From: Candidatus Bathyarchaeia archaeon
GTDB lineage: Archaea > Thermoproteota > Bathyarchaeia > Bathyarchaeales > Bathycorpusculaceae
DNA length: 64,000 nt
Reading direction: 5' to 3'
NCBI GenBank assembly: GCA_038727135.1
Contig: JAVYWL010000003.1
Coordinates: 160,001 to 224,000 of the forward strand
Shown: one piece after another, positions 28,448 to 38,659 of the stretch
How the letters are laid out: each line of letters opens with the position of its first letter
Numbering within the stretch: the first letter of the stretch is position 1
Notes under the pieces: model-generated
Told to the model about the DNA's origin: nothing
The model's database searches: none
The model's input: only the letters and a program-made list of their open reading frames with translations
Position numbers and translations under genes: made by a program

Positions 28448-29824
28448 TTAAACACCTCCTAAAGCCGCCAGCTGCAAGATTATTAGTCTGGATTTTCCTG
28501 GAGCCGTGAAGGTCTCTTTGAAAATGTTAGGCTTGTAATAGGTTAGGAGGGCTAGGGCGGTTATTCTAATGTCTGGTGTTCGTGTCAAGCCGATGGCTAT
28601 TAGGGCGCCTTTTCCGCTGTTATGCCTAAAAGTTGCAGCAGCATAATACCCGTACTCCGGGTGTGATGGATTAGGCGGAATTAAAACTGGATTAAAAACA
28701 GGAGCGTACACTCCAAGGTTATATCGGCTAGTGATACTGTTTTGTACTCCTGGACCTGGAAGCGCTCTGCTTGCGCTTTGTTTTGACGTTGGGTAAATCC
28801 CATAATAGTTAGCGCGATAATAAGCTTCTGATGTGAATTGGACCTGTATGCCATAATCTGCGGTTATATCCTTTGTTATCCATGTTGAATTATAAGCATA
28901 GCTCTCATTGTTTAACCCGCGCAGAAAGGCGTTTAGACCGGCAGCACCAACGCTGACTATTCCGTATATTCCGTAGCCGTTTTGTATATTGTTAAATCTA
29001 TCAGTGTTTGTCACGTAAAAGAATGGGTAGCCAACAATGCTAATCCATTTCCAATTGTACTGCCTAACCTTTTTGCCTAGCGTATGACAGTAAAGAGCAT
29101 AAGAGCGTTGAGAAGAATCATAACTTTGGTTTGCACGGGAGCGTCCTTCTGTATACTCTATTGGGATTGGTACAACTTCGCCGAAGGTGTTTATTATTAT
29201 GGCGTCCGTGACACTTTCTGCTGGTTTTATTGTTAGTTTTATTCCATCCAGTAGGCTGAGCAGCTGGGCTGTGCTGTTCACTAAAACTATCGTTTCGAAA
29301 TATGGTTTAAGAAGGTTGTAGACGTCTTGGGCTAGCATTTGCGCCGTATAGCCAGTAATCCACCATCCGTTGGCATCCGCACAATTCAATATGTATAATG
29401 TTAGGTTTTTGCCACCTTCTGAAATTTTCTGGGCAACAGTTTTGTAGGTGACGTCTGGAGAACTCACCATGTAGGATATGGATTCGGTGAAGGAGACACG
29501 CCCAACAGCGTTGGAAATCGTCCTATTAGGGCGATAAACTCCATTCTCAGTAATTTCATAAACCGTTAGGTTGTAGGCTATGTGGGGCGGGAGGCTTGCT
29601 GAAAGAACCGTTTGGAGCTCATTCCACTTGCTGTCGTCGTTGGAGAAGGCAACCTCGCTTAAATATCCACCAGTGTCGAGGTTTTTAAGAATCGTGAGGG
29701 CTAAAGCCCTTAGATTAAGCGGTGACACAGCCCTAGGTGACGGGAGAACTATAAGATAGGAGGCTATGAAGAAGGCTGAAAGCATTATAATAATGACGAT
29801 TATTGATTCGATAGTCCTCATCAT
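28448..29824 (-). CDS. Pilin-like secreted protein
   Basis: N-terminal RTIES followed by a hydrophobic helix; within the pilus operon. Confidence 0.6.
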   Translation of the reverse strand: MMRTIESIIVIIIMLSAFFIASYLIVLPSPRAVSPLNLRALALTILKNLDTGGYLSEVAFSNDDSKWNELQTVLSASLPPHIAYNLTVYEITENGVYRPNRTISNAVGRVSFTESISYMVSSPDVTYKTVAQKISEGGKNLTLYILNCADANGWWITGYTAQMLAQDVYNLLKPYFETIVLVNSTAQLLSLLDGIKLTIKPAESVTDAIIINTFGEVVPIPIEYTEGRSRANQSYDSSQRSYALYCHTLGKKVRQYNWKWISIVGYPFFYVTNTDRFNNIQNGYGIYGIVSVGAAGLNAFLRGLNNESYAYNSTWITKDITADYGIQVQFTSEAYYRANYYGIYPTSKQSASRALPGPGVQNSITSRYNLGVYAPVFNPVLIPPNPSHPEYGYYAAATFRHNSGKGALIAIGLTRTPDIRITALALLTYYKPNIFKETFTAPGKSRLIILQLAALGGV

Positions 29825-29831
29825 GGCTTAT

Positions 29832-31061
29832 TCACCACCTATATCTGACCACTTGATAGCCCATCAAACTCCAGAGGGCAAGCTTCGCCGTGTATGGAAC
29901 ACCGCCAATCAAAACATGCCTAACATCAGTGGCAACCCACTCCCAACCGTACGGGTTACCGCCAAACTCCACACTAAAACTTAAGGATTGAACTTGCCAT
30001 GGCATGACTGTAACGCCATACTCGTTGCCCTTACGGCAAAACACGACAAGAATTCCGGGCATACCAAGGTATTCCGATGGAATTTGGGTTCGGTTGAAGG
30101 TTTTTCCATGAGTGCCTGCGCCATAATTCAATAAGCCGCTATAGTTTCCAAGCAATTGAACATTTGCCAAGTTCCAGTCATTGTCTATGGTGAAGTAGGT
30201 TGCGTTATAAAATATGGCGCCAGAATTGGGCCATTGTTTAACGTCAAAGGAGTGGGCAAGTATTATCATGCCAGTTTCCATGTTCTCAATGAAGGGGATG
30301 ACATTTCCAGCTGTTGTTGAAGCTTGCTTGTATATGTAGCCAACACCATGGAAGTTTCCAACTCTGGTGCTTGCAATAATTACATAGTTTTTGGAGACGT
30401 CAACATTGCTGAAAGTGAATTGCGCTTTGCCGCTCAAGTCTGTAGTTCTTGATGTGCTCCTTAAGTCAATTATTGGATGGCCGTCCGCGTCAACTCCGCT
30501 TACGTAGAGAAGCCTACATGTTACGTTCGCGTTTCCAACGGGTGAGCCAGACCCCTCAATGAAAACCGTGAGACTTATTGATTTTCCGCCACTACCCGTT
30601 TGGATGTTAGTAAAACTTACGCGAATTATCGGAGACAACAATAATCTAAAACCATACATCTCCTTTAAACCCAGCAATTCTTGGGCAGTCTCATAATCAA
30701 TACACTCACGCACAGGAACCAGCAAGTAGTCTCCAGCGCCAAAAGATATGTTGCTATATTTTATTCCCGAACCAAGTGGGTACTCCACAATGGGGCCAGA
30801 GGCGGACAATAACCTCATCACTAGATATGGGTTTAGGGTGTAGGGTTCAAGGTTATAATCGCCCAGTCCGAATACGCCGGGCATGTCCCCGAAGCTAAGC
30901 AGTATGTTGTCAAGGGTGTCGCTGCACTTGGTTGCAAGGTGCACGTGAAATTGGTAGAGGAGAGCGTCGTGCATCACTTGCCCAAATAAGCCCATGAAAA
31001 GGGTGAAAGCCACTATGAGAACAGTTGTTGCGACCAGATGATCAATGGTTGCACTTACCAT
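29832..31061 (-). CDS. Pilin-like secreted protein
   Basis: SATIDH followed by a hydrophobic helix; within the pilus operon. Confidence 0.6.
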   Translation of the reverse strand: MVSATIDHLVATTVLIVAFTLFMGLFGQVMHDALLYQFHVHLATKCSDTLDNILLSFGDMPGVFGLGDYNLEPYTLNPYLVMRLLSASGPIVEYPLGSGIKYSNISFGAGDYLLVPVRECIDYETAQELLGLKEMYGFRLLLSPIIRVSFTNIQTGSGGKSISLTVFIEGSGSPVGNANVTCRLLYVSGVDADGHPIIDLRSTSRTTDLSGKAQFTFSNVDVSKNYVIIASTRVGNFHGVGYIYKQASTTAGNVIPFIENMETGMIILAHSFDVKQWPNSGAIFYNATYFTIDNDWNLANVQLLGNYSGLLNYGAGTHGKTFNRTQIPSEYLGMPGILVVFCRKGNEYGVTVMPWQVQSLSFSVEFGGNPYGWEWVATDVRHVLIGGVPYTAKLALWSLMGYQVVRYRW

Positions 31062-31547
31062 TTAGCCACCCCCAAAACGGAAATGAAAGGCGCCGTTTGA
31101 ATCCTTTGTCACTTCAACGAAAGCGCTTGTAGAGTTGCTGATAAAAACAGAATTTGAGTCCCAGCTCACGTTAGGTCCGAGAGTAGCATAGGCTGACACC
31201 CTAATGTTTAACCCAACAACAGCCAAGCTAATGTTCAGCCTAGTCGCCCCACCCTCCTTTATGGGCGTTAACTCACCCCTCGCAACATAATGATAGCTAT
31301 CAATGTATTTGGGCAAACCAGGATCAAAAGTTACTGTGCCCGGCGGAATTGACTCATGGTTTAGAGAGAAGTATAACTGTTGAATAGAGTTTGCCAAGCG
31401 ACTGGCAGCCGTCTCCGCCGTAAGCCTCCTTCTGGACTCAACATAGATGTTTGTAAGGGAGATTGCCATCAAAGGGAAGAGGAATATCTGCGCTATCAAA
31501 ATTGGGACCATGATTACATATTCAATTGCCACATGCGGCATGTTCAA
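31062..31547 (-). CDS. Minor pilin-like protein
   Basis: VAIEYVIMVPILI pilin-like N-terminus. Confidence 0.62.
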   Translation of the reverse strand: MNMPHVAIEYVIMVPILIAQIFLFPLMAISLTNIYVESRRRLTAETAASRLANSIQQLYFSLNHESIPPGTVTFDPGLPKYIDSYHYVARGELTPIKEGGATRLNISLAVVGLNIRVSAYATLGPNVSWDSNSVFISNSTSAFVEVTKDSNGAFHFRFGGG

Positions 31548-31555
31548 CCACCACC

Positions 31556-32413
31556 CTATGGATTGACACCAATGGCGACCTCCACCCTACTCAAGTAAAG
31601 AATTACCGTTGAAGAACCGCCCAGATCAATTTCCTTATCAATAATAGTTGTTGGACCTTGAGGCGATTTTGCAAAGAAGCCAGCACCATAAACTGGGGTG
31701 GTTGTTACAACAACCCTAATTTTTGTCGCATTCTTTACGTTGGAAGAGATTTGCCTAGAAGTGAATGTTACTGTGGGGTTGTTTCCCCTAGAACTGGATT
31801 CATACAATATTGGAAGGTAGAGCCTAAACTGCTTCTTTCCTGAAACATTCGCTTCCGCAATCCTTATGCAGGGATTCAAAATTAGCCTCACAAATGAACC
31901 TGTTGACAGCTTTTCGATGGCATAAACCCTTGCAACGGGTGCTGTGGCTCCGTTAAATATGAAACAATCAGCCAGAGAACTATCGGTCGGATATATTGGC
32001 TCAAAATAGCCGTCATACACGTTGTACCTTGAAATAGGCATGTTATACGCGAGAACACCTGAAACATTAGAGCTGAAGAGGTACTCGCCAGAGGCATTCC
32101 TAAAATAAATTGTAAAGGTAAGCATGTTAGGCATAAAACTCATGCTTCCATAACTCCTTGAATACCGGAAAGTCTGGGTGCGCCACGGAACCCACGCTAT
32201 ATCATCTATTTGGACAGCGGCTGTCTGCATAAATTGCCTAACAGAGGCAAATTCATTTTCCGCGATTTTTGAGTCTCGAAGATTTACGGCGAAGTTCATC
32301 GCCACAATTACAAGCACCACCACTGCCCCTGTAAGAATTACAGACGAGATCGCCGGACTAACACCTCTCCCATTTCCTTTCAGTCCGACGTTTCTTGGAT
32401 GCTTAAACTTCAA
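31556..32413 (-). CDS. Minor pilin with class III signal peptide
   Basis: RG|VSPAISSVILTGAVVVL. Confidence 0.72.
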   Translation of the reverse strand: MKFKHPRNVGLKGNGRGVSPAISSVILTGAVVVLVIVAMNFAVNLRDSKIAENEFASVRQFMQTAAVQIDDIAWVPWRTQTFRYSRSYGSMSFMPNMLTFTIYFRNASGEYLFSSNVSGVLAYNMPISRYNVYDGYFEPIYPTDSSLADCFIFNGATAPVARVYAIEKLSTGSFVRLILNPCIRIAEANVSGKKQFRLYLPILYESSSRGNNPTVTFTSRQISSNVKNATKIRVVVTTTPVYGAGFFAKSPQGPTTIIDKEIDLGGSSTVILYLSRVEVAIGVNP

Positions 32414-32432
32414 TTTCCATCCCTCTTTTGGG

Positions 32433-34136
32433 TTATAGGAACATGGGCACGAGTTTCGCGGCTAAAACAGCGATTATCACCAGTATTGCGGCGTGCTTAA
32501 ACCCAGCAGCCACAGACTCCTCGCTTATTTTGCCAGCCACTATGCCTATCAGGTAGCTGTGGAAAATCACCGAAGTAGTGAAAATTGTTTTTATGCCTGT
32601 CATGTCTGCGGCTTGACTGCCTCCCGCAACTTCCCTCGTGGCGGTGGCAAAGTTCAGCATCATGAGCGTTGTTGCCACCAGAAGGATTGCAGCGAAGTAG
32701 GGCATCATCACGTAGGGGCGTGTAGCCATCTTCTTCTCCTTCTCAACCTCCTGTGTTAGGTTGTTGAACCTTGCAAGGGATTCAATCATGGCTATGGTTC
32801 CGCCCCCCACATCTATCGTCTCGACAAGAAGGAACATGACAAGTTGGGCCAGCCAGCTTTTCGTTCGCTTAACAAAGTCCATAATTACTTTCCTAACCGG
32901 AACACCCCAAGAGATTTCGGAGCTTATTTTGCGCAGTTCCTTGCTGAAAACGCCATAATCACGGTTTGATAGGCTTTCTATGCATTTCTCTGGCGACAAG
33001 CCAGTCTTCCTAACCTCTGTTAAGTCCCTTAAGAAGCTGTTGATGCCTTGCTCCATGCTTGCCCTATAACTGCTAACCTTGTGGTATACTATGGCTGCAG
33101 GAGCTGTCATAACGAAGAGGGCTATTGCTATGGCCATGGGCAAGTCTACAAGTTTTTGGATCGGACTGAGAAACGGAACTTCGATGAAGCCGAAAAAGTT
33201 GGTTAGCAACAGTAGCAGCACTATGCCGAATATGCTGCATACTCCAAAAACCTTGTAGGGGCGCATATCCACAATTGGTGTTTTAGGCTGCATGCTGTGC
33301 GCCAGATAAATGAAGACAAGCGAGAGCATAGGCGTGAATATGTAGGTGTAGAGGATTATGCCAGACTGCATTGTAACCCCTCCTCCTCCGCCAACGTTAG
33401 GCATGCTTTCCACAGCGAAGAGAATAAAGAAGCACATGGACATCAGAACCATGACTATTATGAAGGTTTCTAGGAGCATTCCAAGCCTTTCGGCGGCAGC
33501 CTTCACCCGCATGGCCCTCGTCTTGAAAATGTCTTCAGCCTTCCTCTCAAGGAAATGCCCGATGTCTCCGCCAATTATGACTGTTGAAGCGTAGCCGGCC
33601 AGAAAATCTTTGAAAATGTCTAGGGGGTTTCTTTTAGCAGCTGTTTCTATCGCTGTTAATGGGTCTATTCCAAAGATTTCCACGTCCTTTATTATTTCCC
33701 TGGCTTCGCTTCGCATGGCTGGCATCAGCTCAACCTCGGCTAAACGTTTAAAACTCGTGTATGGAGCTATGCCGCCTGAAGCCATAACGCTGATGTACGC
33801 GGCTACGAAGGGCATCTCCCTCTCTAGGTTTGCTGCTCTCTCCCCAGCTTTCGACAATGGTATTAGGAAGAATCCTATCATTACGTAGATTGGAAATGGA
33901 ACAAGGAATATGGCTGGCAAAAAACTGAAGAAGTAAAGCAGAATTATGGAGATTATGGTCACTGGAATTGTTAAAACAGATATGAAAAGCATTAGCGAAA
34001 CGTATGTTTCCGGATAGATTTTGATTTTCGCCCTTTCCAGATAGTCTTTAAATTCAACAACATGTTTTAGGAAGAAGGGTGCTACTCGTCCGAAGATGCG
34101 GAAGGACCATGCCTCAAGGGTTTCTAGAAACGGCAA
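32433..34136 (-). CDS. Type IV pilus membrane platform protein (TadC/FlaJ, T2SSF family, two domains)
   Basis: EREMPF...ASGG, GIDPLTA, FLRDLTE...TG, GKISE. Confidence 0.9.
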   Translation of the reverse strand: MPFLETLEAWSFRIFGRVAPFFLKHVVEFKDYLERAKIKIYPETYVSLMLFISVLTIPVTIISIILLYFFSFLPAIFLVPFPIYVMIGFFLIPLSKAGERAANLEREMPFVAAYISVMASGGIAPYTSFKRLAEVELMPAMRSEAREIIKDVEIFGIDPLTAIETAAKRNPLDIFKDFLAGYASTVIIGGDIGHFLERKAEDIFKTRAMRVKAAAERLGMLLETFIIVMVLMSMCFFILFAVESMPNVGGGGGVTMQSGIILYTYIFTPMLSLVFIYLAHSMQPKTPIVDMRPYKVFGVCSIFGIVLLLLLTNFFGFIEVPFLSPIQKLVDLPMAIAIALFVMTAPAAIVYHKVSSYRASMEQGINSFLRDLTEVRKTGLSPEKCIESLSNRDYGVFSKELRKISSEISWGVPVRKVIMDFVKRTKSWLAQLVMFLLVETIDVGGGTIAMIESLARFNNLTQEVEKEKKMATRPYVMMPYFAAILLVATTLMMLNFATATREVAGGSQAADMTGIKTIFTTSVIFHSYLIGIVAGKISEESVAAGFKHAAILVIIAVLAAKLVPMFL

Positions 34137-35742
34137 CAGCTTTCACCTCCTCCCCGGCGAGAACCTTTTCATAGAACTGTTTTGGACGTGCATAGTATTC
34201 CGCTATTATTGCGGCTACGTCTCTGTAGCTTCTTATGTTGCGTTCCCGCATCCAATGTAGAATCTGCTTTCGCCTGTCAATCTCCTCCAACAAGTCTTTC
34301 TTACTTAAGCCCAGGCGCTCCGAAATTCCAGTCAGCATTATGCTTTTGTTCAGCGATGGCAAATGCTCATCCTTTACTGGGTGCCACTTGAAGGTACATC
34401 TGTAATCCCCGTAGTCCGCTATCTCGTTCACGTTCATTACACGCCTGTAGGCTTTTCTCTCGCCGGACTTTTGTAGGTGCACCCTCTGGACTGACAAGAC
34501 AATGTTCATCAGCGGAATGTAGGCTGGCGCGATGTCCATTGGTTTCTGAGTTAAACGTTTTATGGCAGAGTCTAAGTTTTCAGCGTGCATAGTGCACATG
34601 CCACCGTGGCCTGTGGCAAGCGCCTGGAAAAGCACGTAGGCTTCTTGTCCTCTAACCTCACCTACTATGAGCACGTCTGGACGGTGCCTCATGGAGGTTT
34701 TAACAAGGTCGAAGAGGGTTACTTCTCCAACGCTGCTCCCGCCGAGCCCGTAGCTTTGTCTGGCTATGAGGGAAACCCAGTTTTCGTGGGGGAGGTTAAG
34801 CTCCGCCGTCTCTTCTATAGTGATTATTTTGCTTCCAGGTCTGATTAGGCATGCTAAAGCGTTTAGGGCTGTTGTTTTCCCGGCTGCCGTTCCTCCCAAA
34901 ACCATTATTGAGGCCCTGTTTTCTAGGCACAGCCAGAAGTAGGCAGCCATCTCCTCGGAGAAGGTGCCCAAGTTTATGAGATCTATTATCGAGTATGGGT
35001 CTTCCCTAAACTTTCGAATCGTGAAGGCTGTGCCGAAAGGCGTAATTTCACGCCTGTAACAGACTGCAAGCCTATGCTTTCCAGGAAGCGATGCGTCCAC
35101 GATTGGGAAGGCTGAGCTTACGTGTTTTCCAGCCATGTGGACGAGCTTAACAACCATGTTGTCAAGCTCTTCATCGTTCTCAAATTCCAAGTTTGTTTCT
35201 ATGCTTTCATAGTTTCTATGCCAAACGTAAACGGGCTTGTTCACTCCGTCGCATGAAATATCCTCAATGTTTGGGTCTCGCATTAATGGGTCTATTCTTC
35301 CGAAGCCTACAAGATCCCTTTCAGCGTGGTAGAGAATCTTGTACCATGAAACGTCAGGAAGCCACCCTAGGCTTATGCGGTATTTATCGACAATTTTTTT
35401 GGCTTCTTCGGCGAAGAACTTTCTGGGGTCGACTATTTCCTCTTTAGGAGACTCTATTTCTGCAAGAAGTATCTCTAGAATGCGGTTGTAAACGCTCCTT
35501 TCTAAAGGGTCGAGCTGTAACTCGTCCAAAATGTACTTGTACTCGCCAGTCTTTGGATTTTGGACTATGGCTACGTGGGCGAAGGGTTCGTAAAGCGGAT
35601 AACGCTCAACAACCTTGAAGCCTTTAGGAATAGGCTTTGGCGGGGGTGGTGGAATAGCCACTTTCTTGGGCTTTCCAATGTTGATTTTTATCCTTATTTT
35701 TCTGATTTTTGCGAGTTTTTCTTTGAGGCGTAGTTTGGTCAT
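34114..35742 (-). CDS. Type IV pilus assembly ATPase (VirB11/FlaI/TadA family)
   Basis: IEDISCDG, TIRKF, GGTAAGKTT, IEETAEL, RHRPD...VGEVRG, TGHGG...TMHA. Confidence 0.93.
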   Translation of the reverse strand: MTKLRLKEKLAKIRKIRIKINIGKPKKVAIPPPPPKPIPKGFKVVERYPLYEPFAHVAIVQNPKTGEYKYILDELQLDPLERSVYNRILEILLAEIESPKEEIVDPRKFFAEEAKKIVDKYRISLGWLPDVSWYKILYHAERDLVGFGRIDPLMRDPNIEDISCDGVNKPVYVWHRNYESIETNLEFENDEELDNMVVKLVHMAGKHVSSAFPIVDASLPGKHRLAVCYRREITPFGTAFTIRKFREDPYSIIDLINLGTFSEEMAAYFWLCLENRASIMVLGGTAAGKTTALNALACLIRPGSKIITIEETAELNLPHENWVSLIARQSYGLGGSSVGEVTLFDLVKTSMRHRPDVLIVGEVRGQEAYVLFQALATGHGGMCTMHAENLDSAIKRLTQKPMDIAPAYIPLMNIVLSVQRVHLQKSGERKAYRRVMNVNEIADYGDYRCTFKWHPVKDEHLPSLNKSIMLTGISERLGLSKKDLLEEIDRRKQILHWMRERNIRSYRDVAAIIAEYYARPKQFYEKVLAGEEVKAVAVSRNP

Positions 35743-35801
35743 GTGTCTTCTCCTGTACTTATGTTATATATCTATACACTTTGGTTATTAAATATTACGT
35801 C

Positions 35802-38480
35802 TTACGAAACGCTACCTTCCTCTTCTTCCCCACCAAACGAAACCTGAATAACCCCCAACTTCACCAGGACAACAATAACAACCACCAGCACCACTGGAAT
35901 AAGCACAAGCAAAATCGTAAGCCAAGGTATCCCACCAGCCGGAGGGACAACGGTCAAAGGCACGTAAATAGGCTGACATGTATATCCAAACTTCTCAGCA
36001 TTAACCGTAACCACCAAATCCATTGCCGCATCAGTCCTCGGCGTCAAAATAGAAAACACACAATAACCATTCACGTCTGTCAAGCCTGATTGCAAAGCCT
36101 GTGTTCCTGCACTAAGAGCAACCGTAACATTGGCGGCAGCCACTGATCTGCCATTACATGTTACATAAACATGGATTTCAACAGGGCTTTCTGAAGGTAC
36201 GGAGTAAGCTCCCGTAATGACGCTTATTGTCAAGACTCCTGGCTTCGCAGTTAGCATTAATGACGTTGTGTTGGTGGCAAATCCATCCTTTGAAACTGTC
36301 GCGGTTACCGTGATGTTTGTTTCCTCTGGAACTGGTGGCGTCGTGAAACGGAAAATGGCATTTCCATAACTGTCAGTAGAATTATACGAAGGTGAAATTG
36401 TTCCGGCGGTAGCGGACAAGGTGACGTTAGCTTCTTGGACATAAAAGCCATTATGCTCAACATGCACTGTTATTGTCACAGTTTCCTCAGAAACTGTCGT
36501 ATCCCTCTCGGCTGTAATTTCTATCTGGAACATTTTTGGCGCAATTGTTATGTTTGTTTGTCCCTCGCCGTCGGCGAACCCTGCCTTTGAGACGTGGGCT
36601 ACGATTGTCGTTATGATTTCTTCTGACGTTTGAGGGGCAGTGAAATAGAAAGAGGCTCTCCCATTAGAATCCGTTAGCTTTGAAGGTTCGGCGAAACTTC
36701 CGCCGTTAGTTGAGGATAAAGTAACATTGGCTCCTTCTATGGGATAGCCAACCCAAGAAACATGAACACTTATTATTGAATTCTCACCCGACAAAACTCT
36801 GGATGGTTGGGCTTCCACCATAACGCTGAGAGGTGGTAAAACTGTTAAATACTGGTGGCATGAGCCGTCTGCAAATCCACTTTTTGAAGCCCTAGCAATA
36901 ATCCTAACGTCGGTTATCTCCTCAACCGATGGCGCTTTAAAAAATGTTGTAACGTAACCAGAAGAGTTCGTCAAACCGTACTGCGGCTCAAAACTTCCAC
37001 CCTTAATAGAGAAGAAAGTTACATTAGCACCACTAACCGGGTTTCCACCCTGCAAAACACGTGCCATTATTGGAACTTCTCCCCCGGATGGAACTTTATT
37101 ATCCCCTTGAATAAGTTCCAAATTCAAAGATTGCAAACTAACTACAGAGACGGTTATGGAAGCTTGGCTGCTGACCTCACCGAAATCGTCCATAACCCAC
37201 AGGCGAACAATATAGTTTCCAACAGTAGTGTAAGTATGGAAGAAAATTGACAGCGTAGTCCAGCCGGTGTCATGTCCGTCCCCGAAGTTGTAACGGTACT
37301 GGTCAACACGTCCATCGTCAGAAGAGTCAAAACCAATGAAGGCAACCTCGTCACCGGGTGCAACCCTAATCTTATCAGCCCAAAGAACAGCCTTTGGCAA
37401 GCGGTTAACATAATCTATTGGCGCTGTTAGGAAGAATATAAAGTCAAGGTTAACGCCGTCGCCTCCAACAGGATTGCCCTTTCCATTCGGGTTTAACCCT
37501 TCGTGGTATGGACCGCTTGGGTCCCCCCAGTAGTTATGGGTCGCGTTTACGGAGGTTGTTGCTGAGACATCCATGCCAAAACCATTGCCAAAGATATCGT
37601 TGAAATGAGCTTCATGCCCATGTCCAGATTCATAAAAGACTCCCACCTCATTGCTTATGATGTAGTTTCGTGTTATAACTGTGCTTGCGTTTGTGGCAAC
37701 ATAAAACCCATAATAGTTTGAGGAAACCGTATTGTTTCTGATAATAAAGTAGTCCGGGTTATAGTTCTCCATGACTAGTGATATTCCGCTTTTCTCATTA
37801 CGGCTTACATTATTTCTTGTTATGCTAATGTCAAAGGTTGTTAGATTCCCAGCTAATGTTATGCCATCTCCGTTCGACTCTATAATGTTTGCCTCTACTG
37901 TTACGTTGCCTCCGAATATGTAGACGCCGCTGGCAGTGTTGTTGCATATTAAGTTGTTATGTCCAATGGTCGTTGAACCATTTAACGCCGTAACTCCATT
38001 TTCAGAGTTAAATCGTATAACGCTACTTTGGATTGTTAATTCGCCACTAGCTATTGTTACGGCACTTGATCCGTATTCTATTATGCAGTTTTCCAACAGC
38101 GAAGGAGATTGACCAGTTCCATTGAAATAGAGAGTTCCCCAGTCTCCTGGTCCGGGCGTCTCCTTATTCGAGGTGAATTTTATTAGCCTATTAAATTCCG
38201 TTGATCCTTTTGCGATGAGTCGACCATAAACGATTATGGAGAACTTTCCGCCGAATCTTACCTCAACTCCCGGCTCTATGGTTAATGTTACGCCTTCACG
38301 GATGGTTACATTTCCAGAGAGAATAAAGGGGCTGTCAACAAGGGTCCAGATAGTGTCTACGGTGATTTCTCCTTCAAAATAGATTGCCTTCACAGCTGGA
38401 AACAGCATGTTAAACGGGAAGATGGATAAACTGAAAACTATAATGAGAATTGAAGCTAGAATTTTCATTTTGCCTTTCAT
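35802..38480 (-). CDS. Membrane-anchored cell-surface protein: parallel beta-helix, PKD and tandem Ig-like domains
   Basis: Signal peptide; LTIEPGV and N-rich beta-helix repeats; NYWGDPSGP; YNFGDG PKD; repeated GANVT...TDSNG Ig units; C-terminal TM helix. Confidence 0.8.
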   Translation of the reverse strand: MKGKMKILASILIIVFSLSIFPFNMLFPAVKAIYFEGEITVDTIWTLVDSPFILSGNVTIREGVTLTIEPGVEVRFGGKFSIIVYGRLIAKGSTEFNRLIKFTSNKETPGPGDWGTLYFNGTGQSPSLLENCIIEYGSSAVTIASGELTIQSSVIRFNSENGVTALNGSTTIGHNNLICNNTASGVYIFGGNVTVEANIIESNGDGITLAGNLTTFDISITRNNVSRNEKSGISLVMENYNPDYFIIRNNTVSSNYYGFYVATNASTVITRNYIISNEVGVFYESGHGHEAHFNDIFGNGFGMDVSATTSVNATHNYWGDPSGPYHEGLNPNGKGNPVGGDGVNLDFIFFLTAPIDYVNRLPKAVLWADKIRVAPGDEVAFIGFDSSDDGRVDQYRYNFGDGHDTGWTTLSIFFHTYTTVGNYIVRLWVMDDFGEVSSQASITVSVVSLQSLNLELIQGDNKVPSGGEVPIMARVLQGGNPVSGANVTFFSIKGGSFEPQYGLTNSSGYVTTFFKAPSVEEITDVRIIARASKSGFADGSCHQYLTVLPPLSVMVEAQPSRVLSGENSIISVHVSWVGYPIEGANVTLSSTNGGSFAEPSKLTDSNGRASFYFTAPQTSEEIITTIVAHVSKAGFADGEGQTNITIAPKMFQIEITAERDTTVSEETVTITVHVEHNGFYVQEANVTLSATAGTISPSYNSTDSYGNAIFRFTTPPVPEETNITVTATVSKDGFATNTTSLMLTAKPGVLTISVITGAYSVPSESPVEIHVYVTCNGRSVAAANVTVALSAGTQALQSGLTDVNGYCVFSILTPRTDAAMDLVVTVNAEKFGYTCQPIYVPLTVVPPAGGIPWLTILLVLIPVVLVVVIVVLVKLGVIQVSFGGEEEEGSVS

Positions 38481-38659
38481 ATGGATGCATCCATATATTG
38501 TGGTTAAACTATCCTTTTCGCCACGCTTGCTTAAGCATTATGAATTTGAAATAAAACTTGGAAATACATCATTCAAGTCTATTCTAAAGCCGCTGAAAAG
38601 CAAGAGTTTTAACATAGGGACAGCACATCATCTAGAAAACGTGAAAGCTGGCGCAAACT

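Noticed and set aside
24633-35742. Archaellum operon
   Set aside because: No FlaH/FlaF/FlaG-like genes or chemotaxis genes; the organisation fits a pilus
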